Assembly: GCF_004010195.1 (NCBI RefSeq)
Contig: NC_057753.1
Location: 11,730,050-11,769,587, forward strand
Direction: 5' to 3'
From: Chiloscyllium plagiosum
Lineage: Eukaryota
DNA: 39,538 nt
Shown here: positions 21,871-32,700 of the stretch, piece after piece
Position numbering within the stretch: the stretch's first letter is position 1
Layout: each line of letters starts with the position of its first letter
Position numbers and translations under genes: made by a program
The notes under the pieces: model-generated
Database searches by the model: none
What the model saw: only the letters and a program-made list of their open reading frames with translations
What the model was told of the DNA's origin: nothing

Positions 21871-23151
21871 CAAATGTGTAGTGCAGTGCATTATTTCCCC
21901 CTCCAACTCTATTTTGATTTAGTCCCTGCCCTCCCCTTCACTGTTTGATCACACAGCATTGCCCTTTGATGTGAAGGGCACTGCTTGTCACTGGCCACTC
22001 TTTTCACAGTGGCGGAAATTGAATCAAGATTTGTACACCCCCTGTTGCCTTTTCACTGTGTCTCTCACTCCTGCAGACAGACAACATAGGTGCTGGGGGA
22101 AAAAAGAAACAACAAAAAAAAAATACAAAATTTCCCAAAGCTTCCTGAACAGTAAGGTTACTAATTGCCCATTTTCATTACATAATATGAAATCCGAAAC
22201 AGCTTGATCCCCATGATGCTCGACTCCAGAAACCTATCTCACACAAACTCCAGAAATTTGCCCTGCGCGGTATTGGTACTGGATAGCTTTACCCAGTCTA
22301 TCTGGAAACTGAAGTCACCCCTTGTTACCAATGGGACAGGCACACCAGTTCAGACTAGGCGTTCAGACAAGGTCGTCACATCTCCCCGGGGTGGAATTGT
22401 CTCATTCTCAACCTGGACTTTTAGTTTTGTTGCTGTCAATGATTTCAAAAACTGTGTTCTGTGGTTATAGGACAACTTGAGAAATTGATGAGAGGAGACA
22501 GGAGTCCAGCCTACGATCGTTTATTTCTTGCGCGTGCAGCGAGACCTGGTCTTATTACCGTGAAGTGTAAAACCTCTTCGGGTGGGTTACAGAAACCTCA
22601 GATTCTTACACAGAACGTCACAACATTTAAACACTACTTCCCACACTGCTCTACCTGGGTGTCTCACATTATCTGCTGTTTTATACAAAGGTCAACGCTC
22701 TGCTAGTATGACTTCTCGGCTCCTCGTCTCGACTGTCTTTGTGTCCTGATTGTTATGTACATTTGTTGCGGTTCCCAGTTGCTTTGCTATTACTAATGAC
22801 AGGACGAAAGCTTTAACCCTTGGCTCACTCAACCCCTTCAGCGTCCCCCACTCGGCCTAGCCCAAGGTAGTGAACTTACTGGTAATGCATTTCCCTTTAT
22901 GTCACCCATTGGCCAGCTATCAAGTGTAGGGGTTGGAGAGGCACTTCGGTATGCCATCTGTACAGAATGGACCAGTGCAATAAGCCCCCTGCTCTCCGAC
23001 CCTGCGTTCTCCAACTCTCAACTCCTTACCATTCTCCTGTGTGTCCTTTCGGTGCTTTCGCCCAAGTAGTTCAGGTATACGACCAATACCAGCTGAGCAG
23101 TAATCAGAACAGATGATCCTAACACATGGATAGATCTGTTCATTTGATCCC

Positions 23152-23995
23152 CAGTGACAGAGCAGTATGGCATGGAAACAGACCCTTGGGTCCAACCAGT
23201 CTCAGCTGAGCATAATCTCAAAGTAAAGTAGTCCCACTTGCTTGCACTTGGCCTATCTCTCTCCAAACGTTTCTCCTGTAAATACCTTTTAAATTGTTGT
23301 AACTGCACACACATCCACTTCCTCTGAAAGTTCAGTCGACTCGCAATCCATTTTCCATGTGAAAAACAATTGCCTCTCGTGTCTTTTTAAAAAATGTCCC
23401 CCCCTCACCTTAAACAATGGCCCCCTAATCTTGAAATGGCCCACCCTAGGGAAAAGACTCTCGAGATTCACCTTCCACGCTCCAGTGAAACAGGTCCCAG
23501 CCCATCCAGCATCTCCTTATAGCTCAAAACCCTCTGTCCCCGGCAACATCCTGACACATCTCTTCAACTGAATAATATCCTTCTGATAACAGGGCACAGT
23601 ACGGCAGAAGAGACCTCACCAACGTCCTGTACAACTGCAACGTGACGTTCTCAGCTCCTACACTCAAAGGTGTGAGCAATGAAGAAAGTGAGGACTGCAG
23701 ATGCTGGAGATCAGAGCTGAAAATGTGTTGCTGGAAAAGCGCAGCAGGTCAGGCAGCATCCAGGGAACAGGAGAATCGACGTTTCGGGCATGATTCCTGA
23801 AGAAGGGCTCATCCCCGAAACGTCGATTCTCCTGCTCCTTGGATGCTGCCTGACCTGCTGCGCTTTTCCAGCAACACATTTTCAGCTCTGAGCAATGAAG
23901 GCAAGCGTGCTAAGTGCCTTCTTAACCACCCTGTCTATGTGCGACGCAAAGAGTTATGTACCTGAACCCCTCGGTCTCTCAGTTCTACAACAGCA
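23152..23995 (-). mobile_element. CR1 LINE 3' fragment with nested fold-back element
   Basis: CR1 tail CATGGAAACAGACCCTT and degenerate ORF2 C-terminus. Confidence 0.75.
23685..23888. mobile_element. Fold-back Penelope-derived insertion with TSD and hammerhead core (23797-23824)
   Basis: 77-bp inverted arms 23712-23788 / 23814-23890 (2 mismatches); perfect TSD TGAGCAATGAAG at 23673-23684 and 23889-23900. Confidence 0.88.
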
Positions 23996-24482
23996 CCCAG
24001 TTCCTCCCCACCAAATGGGGATATTGTCTATTTGCTCTCACTTGATGCTGCAGGCTGGTCTTACTGGAAGGCTGTCGTCACTTGTGCTTCATCGCACATA
24101 TCCGCGCACTGTTCAGGCAGCAGTGGGATTACACAGGGAGAACGGACTGAGACACTCTCTGTCAGGTTGTATGCCATCACCCTGAAATGTTAATTGCTTC
24201 TCACCTTGAACCTGGCCCCCCCCCTCTGGCTGAAAGGCTGGACTGAAGAGGCTTCTCCACTGAGTCTGCTAGTAGCTCCTGAGTAGTCTGACCTCTCTGC
24301 CCTTATTTTCTCCTCCCACCTTGCCAGCAGCTTCCACATCTGGTTCCTCCCATCTGAGTCTTTCAGGTCCTTGAGTCTCATCCACACCTGTCCCACACTG
24401 CTCTGACCACAGTTGGTAAATTAAAATGTGACTCGTTTGTTGCCGTATCCCATTAACACGATATTACGGCAAGGACGACAGT

Positions 24483-24892
24483 TATAGAGTCATAGAGAAG
24501 CACAGCACAGCACGGAAACAGACCCTTCGGCCCAGCCCGTCCTTGCCGAACAGATATCCCAACCCAATCTAGTCCCACCTGCCAGCACCCGGCCCACATC
24601 CCTCCAAACCCTTCATATTCACATACCCATCCAAATGCCTCTTAAATGTTGCAGTTGTACCAGCCTCCACCACATCCTCTGGCAGCTCGCTCCATACACG
24701 TACCACCCTCTGTGTGAAAAGCTTCCCCCTTGGGTCTCTTTTATATCTTTCCCTCTCTCGCCCTAAACCTGTGCCCCTCTAGTTCTGGACTCCCCCATCC
24801 CAGGGAAAAGACTTTTGACTATTTTTCCTATCCATGCCCCTCATAATTTTGTAAACCTCTATAAGGCCACCCCTCAGCTTCCGACGCTCCAG
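24483..24892 (-). mobile_element. CR1/HER1 LINE 3' fragment
   Basis: Near-identical to 19878-20303. Confidence 0.88.
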
Positions 24893-25044
24893 TTGCTCTA
24901 CTCAAAAATACAACGTACAAGTTGGAAACAGTCGTCATACTTCATACACGGCAACATTTTAAACTCCAGCCTGGCCATAGGGGTGATTAACTGTCGAAGG
25001 AACAGACCCCATAGTCCAGTCGTGAATACCATTGATAGGAAGCA

Positions 25045-25830
25045 TCACTCATGAACTTGCTGGTGTCTCAGCAGATGAGAGGACTGAGTGAATCCCTTCC
25101 CACACTCAGAGCAGATAAAAGGCCTCTCCCCGGTGTGAACCCGTCGGTGTCTCAGCAGTTCAAACGACTGAATGAACCCCTTCCCGCACTCCGAGCAGAT
25201 GAACGGCCTCTCGGCCGTGTGAATTCGCTGGTGTCTCAGCAGTTGGAACAACTCAGTGAACCCCTTCCCGCACTCCGAGCAGGCAAACGGGCTCCGCACG
25301 GTGTGAATTTGTTGGTGTCTCTGCAGGGTACAGGAGCGGGTGAACCTTTTCCCACACGTCACGCAAGGGAAAGGTCGCTCCTCGGTGTGGACTCGCTGGT
25401 GTCTCACCAGGCTGGACGACCGAGTAAACCCTTTCCCGCAGACGGAACAGCAGAACGGCCTCTGACTGGAGTGGACGTACCGATGTCTCAGCAGATCCCT
25501 CGTGCTTTTGAAGCTTTTCTCACAGTCAGGACACTTATAAAGCCTCGTATCGGTGTGAACAAGTTGATGTGAAGTGAGGTTACTTAAACAAGTGAATCCC
25601 TTCCCACAGCCAGTGCAGGTGAATGGCTTCTCCCCAGTGTGAACTCGCTGGTGTTCCGTGAGTTGAGATAAACGTGAGAATCCCTTCCCACACTCAAAGC
25701 AGGCGAATGGTTTCTCGCCGGTGTGACTGCGCCGATGGATCTCCAGCTCAGACGGAGTTCGGAATCCCTTCCCACAGTCCCCACATTTCCACGGTTTCTC
25801 CATGATGTGGGCGCCCTCGTGTCTCTCCAT
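25045..25830 (-). CDS. C2H2 zinc-finger protein ZNF-D, 9 fingers (ATG at 25830 or conserved MEKPW ATG at 25803)
   Basis: Uninterrupted frame with nine C2H2 fingers; acceptor GTTCACAG ending at 26132. Confidence 0.92.
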   Translation of the reverse strand: MERHEGAHIMEKPWKCGDCGKGFRTPSELEIHRRSHTGEKPFACFECGKGFSRLSQLTEHQRVHTGEKPFTCTGCGKGFTCLSNLTSHQLVHTDTRLYKCPDCEKSFKSTRDLLRHRYVHSSQRPFCCSVCGKGFTRSSSLVRHQRVHTEERPFPCVTCGKRFTRSCTLQRHQQIHTVRSPFACSECGKGFTELFQLLRHQRIHTAERPFICSECGKGFIQSFELLRHRRVHTGERPFICSECGKGFTQSSHLLRHQQVHE

Positions 25831-26228
25831 GATGAATCCTTGTCCAGGCACACGTGGTCGGTCTCTTCTCGGGGAATGGTGTGATGTATCCTTCAGACTA
25901 GTTAAAGCGATTTCTGCAATCAGTCCATCGAAACAGTCTCAGCGGAGCGTGCATGTCTCGGCAGTTTTCCAATCATACTGATGTTTGAAATGCCCCCACG
26001 GGGAAGACAAATCGTTCTCCTTCCATGTTCAAAAGCTGACGATATTCGGTAACTGATGAACTGAATGACTCTCCAAGATCTTGGCTTGATGTTTGGTTTG
26101 TATTTTGTGATAAGATTTTGAAATATCATCACTGTGAACACAGGATAGAATTTCAGAATGGACAATTCAAATTACTATTAAATATTTTTCTCCTCTGGCC
26201 CCACTAAAGCTGTAAATTCCCATCTCAC

Positions 26229-26490
26229 TGTGGCCTAGAGGTATCGTCACGAGACTATTGACACAGAGATCCAAGTAGTGCTCCAGGGACCGAGGTTTGA
26301 ATCAGCCATGGCAAATAGTCAAACTCTGAATTCAGTAACGAAAATAATCTGCAACTAATGAGTCAAATGGTGACCATTTATCAGAAAAAAAAGCATGTAG
26401 TTCACTAATCTCCTTAAGGGAAGGGATCGCTGTTCTTACTTAGAATGAACTATATGTGAGGAAAGATCCTACAGCAATAATGATTGACTC
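26229..26490 (+). mobile_element. Second tRNA-derived SINE family, diverged copy in the ZNF-D intron
   Basis: Colinear similarity to 7626-7900. Confidence 0.6.
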
Positions 26491-26491
26491 A

Positions 26492-26772
26492 AGAGTCATC
26501 CAGCATGGAAATAGACCCTTTGGTCTAACCAGTCCACGCCAATCATAATCTCAAACTAAACTGGTCCCACCTGCCTGCTCCTAGCCCATATCCCTCCAAA
26601 CCTTGCCTATTCATGTACTAATCCAAATGTCTTTTAAATGTTCTAATTGTAACCACACCCACCATTTCCTCAGGAAGGTCATATCACACACGAACCACCC
26701 TCTGTCTTTTTTCAATCTCTCTCCTCTCACCTTACAAACGTGCCTCTTGGTCTTCGAATCCCCTGTCCTAAC
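26492..26772 (-). mobile_element. CR1 LINE 3' tail
   Basis: CAGCATGGAAATAGACCCTTTGG tail. Confidence 0.75.
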
Positions 26773-26954
26773 TATTAGACGTTCGCAATACATGATGGAC
26801 TGGCCAGAGAAAACCTCATCCCATGAGTGATGAAGGATAGAAAAAGAAGCACTTGCCTCTCTGTTTGTACCAGAAGTTTTGCCTAAGCACACTCCAGCTT
26901 GACCTTCACGCTGCCGCTATTTCTTAATAATTTGGTTACTGATTTTACTGATTG

Positions 26955-27565
26955 CGAAGCCCGTCCCGCCCTCTGAACCATTAATTTCGTTTTCAATAGG
27001 TCAGGCGAGAGCAATGGCAGCGCCTTTACCCACCATCCCTCGCGGTGGGGAATGCCCCCTATTCTGGCCACGGGAGAGCAGGTGCGCAGGCGCAGTACCA
27101 CCCAGCGGCCGGAGCATGCGCACTGACCGCCAACACCAGGGGGGGCCCAGAGACGCCGTGTTTTTTTCACCCTCTCATCCGCCGGCGGTGAGGATGCGGG
27201 ACCGCGGGGGGAGCGCCGGCGCCGGCGGAGGGACCGGCAGGGTTTACTAAACACTTACTAAGCAGCCCGAACCTCCGTTGGCCACCTGCGGGCCGGGCGT
27301 TGGGGGAGGGGGGGGGGCCTTTTCACGGGATCGGCTCCCGCCGAACGGCCGCCATCTTGGATCGGCGGGGTTGGGAGCGGTGCGCATGCGTGGCCGAGCG
27401 GGTGACGTAACCAGTGGGGGGCGGGCGGGCGACGTAACCAGCGGACGGGTGACGTAACCAGTGGGGCGGGCGGGCGGGTGACGTAACCGGTGGGCGGGGA
27501 CTCCGGTCGAGTCCGGCTGCTGCCCGCGTTGGGTCCTAGGGTCCGCCCTCTCCCTCAGTGTCACC
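26955..27565. promoter_or_regulatory. CpG island promoter(s) and non-coding first exon of ZNF-D
   Basis: NRF1-like TGCGCAGGCGCA (27083) and TGCGCATGCG (27381); YY1 CCGCCATCTT (27349); 4x GACGTAACC with GC boxes; minus donor GTAAGT at 27258-27253; plus donor GTGAGG at 27188. Confidence 0.8.
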
Positions 27566-27574
27566 TATTCCCCA

Positions 27575-28765
27575 GGGGAAAGTGAGGACTGCAGATGCTG
27601 GAGATCAGAGTCAAGATTAAAGTGGTGCATTGGAGGAGCAGGAAAATCGACGTTTTGGGCAAAAGCCCTTCATCCTTTCCCATTCCTTTGTCAGCCGGGG
27701 CATTGAATACAGGAATTGGGAGGTTAAGTTGCGGCCAAATGGGACATTACTCAGGCCACTACGAGAACGGTGTTAAGTTGGTCGTCATTGATGGACTTGG
27801 TGAGGTCCAGGAAGGGGAGGGAGGTGTCAGCGATGGTCCAGGTGAATTTAAGGTCGGGGTGGAATGTGTTGGTGAAGTTAATGGACTGCTCAACCTCCTC
27901 GCGGGAGCACGAGGTGACAACGATCAGTGTAGCGGGGGGGGGGAATTGGTGCCGGTGTAACGTAGCCTTCCCATCTCCATCTATAACGACTGACTAAACA
28001 CTGACTTTTTTTTAACAAACCCACTGACTCCCACAGCTACCTGGATTACACCTCTTCCCACCCTACCCCCTGCACAAATGCCATCCCGTATTCCCAATTC
28101 CCCCACCTCCGCCGTATCTGCTCCCAGGAGGACCAGTTCCATCACAGAACACACCAGATGGCTTCCTCCTTTTAAAGACCATAATTTCCCTCCCCACGTG
28201 GTTGAAGATGCCCTCCAATGCATCTCATCCATGTCCCGCACCTCCACCCTTGAACCCCAACCCTCCAACTGCAACAAAGACAGAAACCATCCCCACACCA
28301 GTCCTCACTTTCCACCCTACCAACCTCCACACAAACCATGGGTGGCACAGTGGTTAGCACTCTTGCCTCACAGCACCAGAGACCTGGGTTCAATTCCTGC
28401 CTCAGGCAACTGCCTGTGTGGAGTTTGCACATTTTTTCCTCCGGTTTCCTCCCATAGTCCAATAGTGTGCAGGTTAGGTGAATTGGCCATGCTAAATTGC
28501 CCGTAGTGTTAGGTGAAGGGATAAATGTAGGGGAATGCTTATGGGTGGGTTGCTCTTTGGAGGGTCGGTGTGGACTTGTTGGGCCGAAGGGCCTCTTTCC
28601 ACACTGTAAGTAATCTAATCTAATCTAAACCGCATCATCCGCTGATATTTCCGCCACCTACAAACGGACCCCACCACCAGGGATATATTTCCCTCTCCAC
28701 CCCTATCTGTCTTCCGCAAAGACCGTTCCCTCCATGACTACCTAGTCAGGTCCACGCCCCACCCC
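27575..28765. mobile_element. Penelope-like element: terminal repeat plus RT fragments in both orientations
   Basis: Minus: INFTNTFHPDLKFTWTIADTSLPFLDL; plus: KPTDSHSYLDYTSSHP..NAIPYSQF..LRRICS. Confidence 0.8.
28340..28628 (+). mobile_element. HE1 SINE nested in Penelope RT
   Basis: A/B boxes, V-domain with small deletion, (TAATC)n tail. Confidence 0.88.
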
Positions 28766-28852
28766 CCCCACCCCCAACAACCCACCTTCCCCAACCCATT
28801 CCCCAGTGGTAGTTGTGTCCTCTAGTGGATTCACGGAGGCATCAATACAACG

Positions 28853-29015
28853 CAGTAGTCCCGCTGTCGTGTTATCAGAAAATTGTGTAATAACAGAACA
28901 TCGAAACTAATGGGGCTGGAATCGCATTATAACCAACATGCGTTTTAAAACTCACTGCTAATCACGTTATAGCGAATTTGTGCTACCGAGACGCGCGTTA
29001 TAGCAAGACGACCTG
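28853..29015. mobile_element. Tc1/mariner Tigger-like MITE
   Basis: Imperfect TIRs CAGTAGTCCCGCTGT / ATAGCAAGACGACCTG. Confidence 0.55.
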
Positions 29016-29837
29016 CGTAATGTATTCACTGCGACTGTCCCTGTGGAGGCTTCCCCTCCATATTTGACGATAAGGCCGTTGACCGACAAATGACAAAGTT
29101 TAAAAGACACTTGGATATGGACGTGAATGGGAAAGGCTTGGAGGGATGCAGGCCAGGAGCTGCCAAGCAGCTAGGAATGGCTTAGTTTGGGATTATGTTT
29201 GGCGTGGGAGAGAGTGAAGGCTGCGGGTTGCTGGAGAGTCAAGAGTAGAAAAGTGGGGCGCGGGAAAAAGCTCAGCAAAGTCAGGCAGCATCTGAGGAGC
29301 TGGAGAGTCGACCTTTCGGGATTCTGGGTCATCCAAGATGGAGGAACGGGGAAAAACACTGGCTGTAAGAGCTGCTCCCTTTTTTTTGCTTGAGGTATTT
29401 CAGGTGTTGGAGGTGATTTCCTTGGATTCCAGGGGTTACTGTTTTACACGCAGCCGCATCGTTTTGGAACTTTGGGGAGAAAAGGATCAAAAGCGACACT
29501 TTTAAAAGCGGGAAGACAGACAAAAGGCAGCGAGCACACGGTCAGTGAGGGAGAGAGGGAAGAAAACCTACACTTTTAACAGGCACAACAGTGAATCTTC
29601 ACTGTCACTGCCTTTGCTGTTTGAGTTCATGTATCTCTGGACATTGGAGTGTGGAAAGGAGGAATTAACAATCAGCAAAATTCATAGCTGTCCTTGGAGG
29701 AGCCTGTGTGGGAGAGCTCACAGCAGAGGAACAGATAAGTGCATAGTTTTTTAATGTGTAACCTTGCTTTAAGTCTGCAGTAGCGAGTAGAGTGGGTTCT
29801 TTCTTGACTATGTGTTTTATTGAGACCTGTTTTTTTG

Positions 29838-30495
29838 TCGTAGAGATGTGCAGCATGGAAACAGACCCTTCGGTCCAAACCGCCCGTGCCGACCAGATAT
29901 CCCAACCCCAATCTAGTCCCACCTGCCAGTACCCGGCCCATATCCCTCCAAACCCTTCCTATTCATATACCCATCCAAATGCCTCTTAAATGTTGCAATT
30001 GTACCAGCCTCCACCACTTCCTCTGGCAGCTCATTCCACATTCTGCGTGAAAAAGTTGCCTCTCGGGTCTCTTTTATATCTTTCCCCTCTCACCCTAAAC
30101 CTATGCCCCTCTAGTTCTGGACTCCCCCACCCCAGGGAAAAGACCTTGTCTATTTATCCTGTCCATGCCCCTCAATTTTGTAAACCTCTATAAGGTCACC
30201 CCTCAGCCTCCGACGCTCCAGGGAAAACAGCCCAAGCCTGTTCAGCCTCTCCCTGTAGCTCAAACCCTCCAACCCTGGCAACATCCTTGTAAATCTTTCC
30301 TGAACCCTTTCACAACATCTTTCCGATAGGAAGGAGACCAGAATTGCACGTAATATTCCAACAGTGGCCCTAACCAATGTCCTGTAACAGCCGTATCATG
30401 ACCTCCCAACTCCTGTACTCAATACTCTGACCGGTAAAGGAAAGCATACCAAACGCCTCCTTCACTATCCTATCCACCTGCGAGTCTACTTTCAA
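29838..30495 (-). mobile_element. CR1/HER1 LINE 3' fragment
   Basis: ERVQERFTRMLPGLEGLSYRERLNRLGLFSLERRRLRGDL. Confidence 0.9.
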
Positions 30496-30516
30496 TTTGA
30501 TTAAATTTTAAAAATA

Positions 30517-30708
30517 CAGTAGTCCCCTGTATCTGCAGAACCCCGAAACAGCGGAGAGGTGCGATCCCCTTAACTTAAACGGGAAACTTAACTTCCCGGC
30601 GGCCTCATGGTCCCTGGTTCCGGAACATTCCCTGTAATGTGCTTGGGCTGCAAGTAACTGAAACCATGGTAACTGGACACGCGGATACGGTTGGGGGGGG
30701 TCGCCCTA
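30517..30708. mobile_element. Tigger-like MITE
   Basis: TA|CAGTAGTCCCCTGTATCTGC ... GCGGATACGG..GGGG..CTA|TA. Confidence 0.6.
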
Positions 30709-30805
30709 TATAAACCATAATTACTAAGTTAGCCCTGGAGCACAGTCTTTTTAGAGCGAAAAGGCAGGACTATTTCTTGGGTCTGTAGACTATGAAGGAG
30801 CGAAG

Positions 30806-31547
30806 ATGGCCTTTAATAGAGTGATATGCTCTTACATTGGTCATTTAGGGAGCGTTTCAGTTTTACTGATGATCATGTCTGCAGGAATCTGTCCGTTAGT
30901 TGCGAATCCTCTCAGATTGCAGGGATCGTTTGGAGCGGCAGTGCTCAGTTTACGGGAGCCGGGGGGAATGTGATGGGTGGCAGTTATAGCAAGGGAGAAA
31001 AGCCGCAGATACAGTCCGAGAGATGGGTTAGCTCCGGGAAAGGTGTGAGATGGAGGTAGGTAGCGCAGGAGTCTTCTGTGGCTATCCCCATTTCAAACAA
31101 GGATGCTGTTTTGGAAAATGTTGGGGGTGATGGACTCTCAGGGGAATGTAGCACAAACAGCCAGGTTTCTGGTATCGAGGCAGGCTCTAGTGCAATGAGG
31201 GGTACGTCGGGTTCCAAGAGATCGATTGTAATAGGGGACTCTCTAGTCAGAGGCACAGACAGATGTTTCTGCAGCCAGCAGCGAAAAATCAGAATGACGT
31301 GATGCCTCCCTGGTGCCAGGATTAAGGAGGGTGCAGAATGTACTCAAGGGGGAGAGGGACCAACAGGAGGTCATTGTACACGTTGGAACCAATGACTTAG
31401 GAAGGGAAAGGGATGAGATTCTGAAGCGAGAATATAGAAAGGTAGGCAGGAATTTAAAAAGGAGGTCCGTGAGGGTTGTAACATCTGGATTACTCCCGGT
31501 GCTACGAGCTAGTGAGGCTCGGAATAGGAGGATAGAGCAGGTGAATG
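30806..31547 (+). mobile_element. CR1 ORF1 (SGNH esterase-like), disrupted
   Basis: IVIGDSLVRGTDR and VIVHVGTNDL motifs; RVVTSGLLPV. Confidence 0.85.
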
Positions 31548-31876
31548 TCAAAGGGTGGGGTGCTGGAAAAGCACGGCCTGTCAGTCAGCGTCCGAGGAGC
31601 AGGAGAACCGATGTTTCGAGCATACGCCCTTCATCGGGAATGTTGAGGGGTGTCCAAAGGGGGCTGAGAGATAAATGGGAGGGGGGAGGGGGGGGAGAGG
31701 TGGGGCGAAGGGAAGGTAGCTGGGAATGTGATATGTAGTTGAAGGTGTGATTGGAAGTGATAAGTCAGAGGGATGGGTGGAGCGGATAGGTGGGAGGGAA
31801 GGAAGATGGACAGGCAAGACTGGTCAAGGGGATGGTGCCAAGTTGGAGGCTTGGCATTGTGGTAAGGAAGGGAGAG
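31548..31876 (-). mobile_element. Penelope terminal repeat and 3' UTR inserted in CR1 ORF1
   Basis: GTGCTGGAAAAGCAC..GAGGAGCAGGAGAACCGATGTTTCG..CCCTTCATCGGG (degenerate hammerhead). Confidence 0.7.
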
Positions 31877-32700
31877 NNNNNNNNNNNNNNNNNNNNNNNN
31901 NNNNNNNNNNNNNNNNNNNNNNNNNNNNNNNNNNNNNNNNNNNNNNNNNNNNNNNNNNNNNNNNNNNNNNNNNNNNNNNNNNNNNNNNNNNNNNNNNNNN
32001 NNNNNNNNNNNNNNNNNNNNNNNNNNNNNNNNNNNNNNNNNNNNNNNNNNNNNNNNNNNNNNNNNNNNNNNNNNNNNNNNNNNNNNNNNNNNNNNNNNNN
32101 NNNNNNNNNNNNNNNNNNNNNNNNNNNNNNNNNNNNNNNNNNNNNNNNNNNNNNNNNNNNNNNNNNNNNNNNNNNNNNNNNNNNNNNNNNNNNNNNNNNN
32201 NNNNNNNNNNNNNNNNNNNNNNNNNNNNNNNNNNNNNNNNNNNNNNNNNNNNNNNNNNNNNNNNNNNNNNNNNNNNNNNNNNNNNNNNNNNNNNNNNNNN
32301 NNNNNNNNNNNNNNNNNNNNNNNNNNNNNNNNNNNNNNNNNNNNNNNNNNNNNNNNNNNNNNNNNNNNNNNNNNNNNNNNNNNNNNNNNNNNNNNNNNNN
32401 NNNNNNNNNNNNNNNNNNNNNNNNNNNNNNNNNNNNNNNNNNNNNNNNNNNNNNNNNNNNNNNNNNNNNNNNNNNNNNNNNNNNNNNNNNNNNNNNNNNN
32501 NNNNNNNNNNNNNNNNNNNNNNNNNNNNNNNNNNNNNNNNNNNNNNNNNNNNNNNNNNNNNNNNNNNNNNNNNNNNNNNNNNNNNNNNNNNNNNNNNNNN
32601 NNNNNNNNNNNNNNNNNNNNNNNNNNNNNNNNNNNNNNNNNNNNNNNNNNNNNNNNNNNNNNNNNNNNNNNNNNNNNNNNNNNNNNNNNNNNNNNNNNNN
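31877..32700. other. Assembly gap
   Basis: Run of N; a second small gap lies at 6693-6724. Confidence 1.

Noticed and set aside
22030..23100. LTR/ERV remnant (GGGGAGA-TGTGACGA, PPT-like on minus near 22380)
   Set aside because: No recognisable gag/pol/env motif or definable LTR pair
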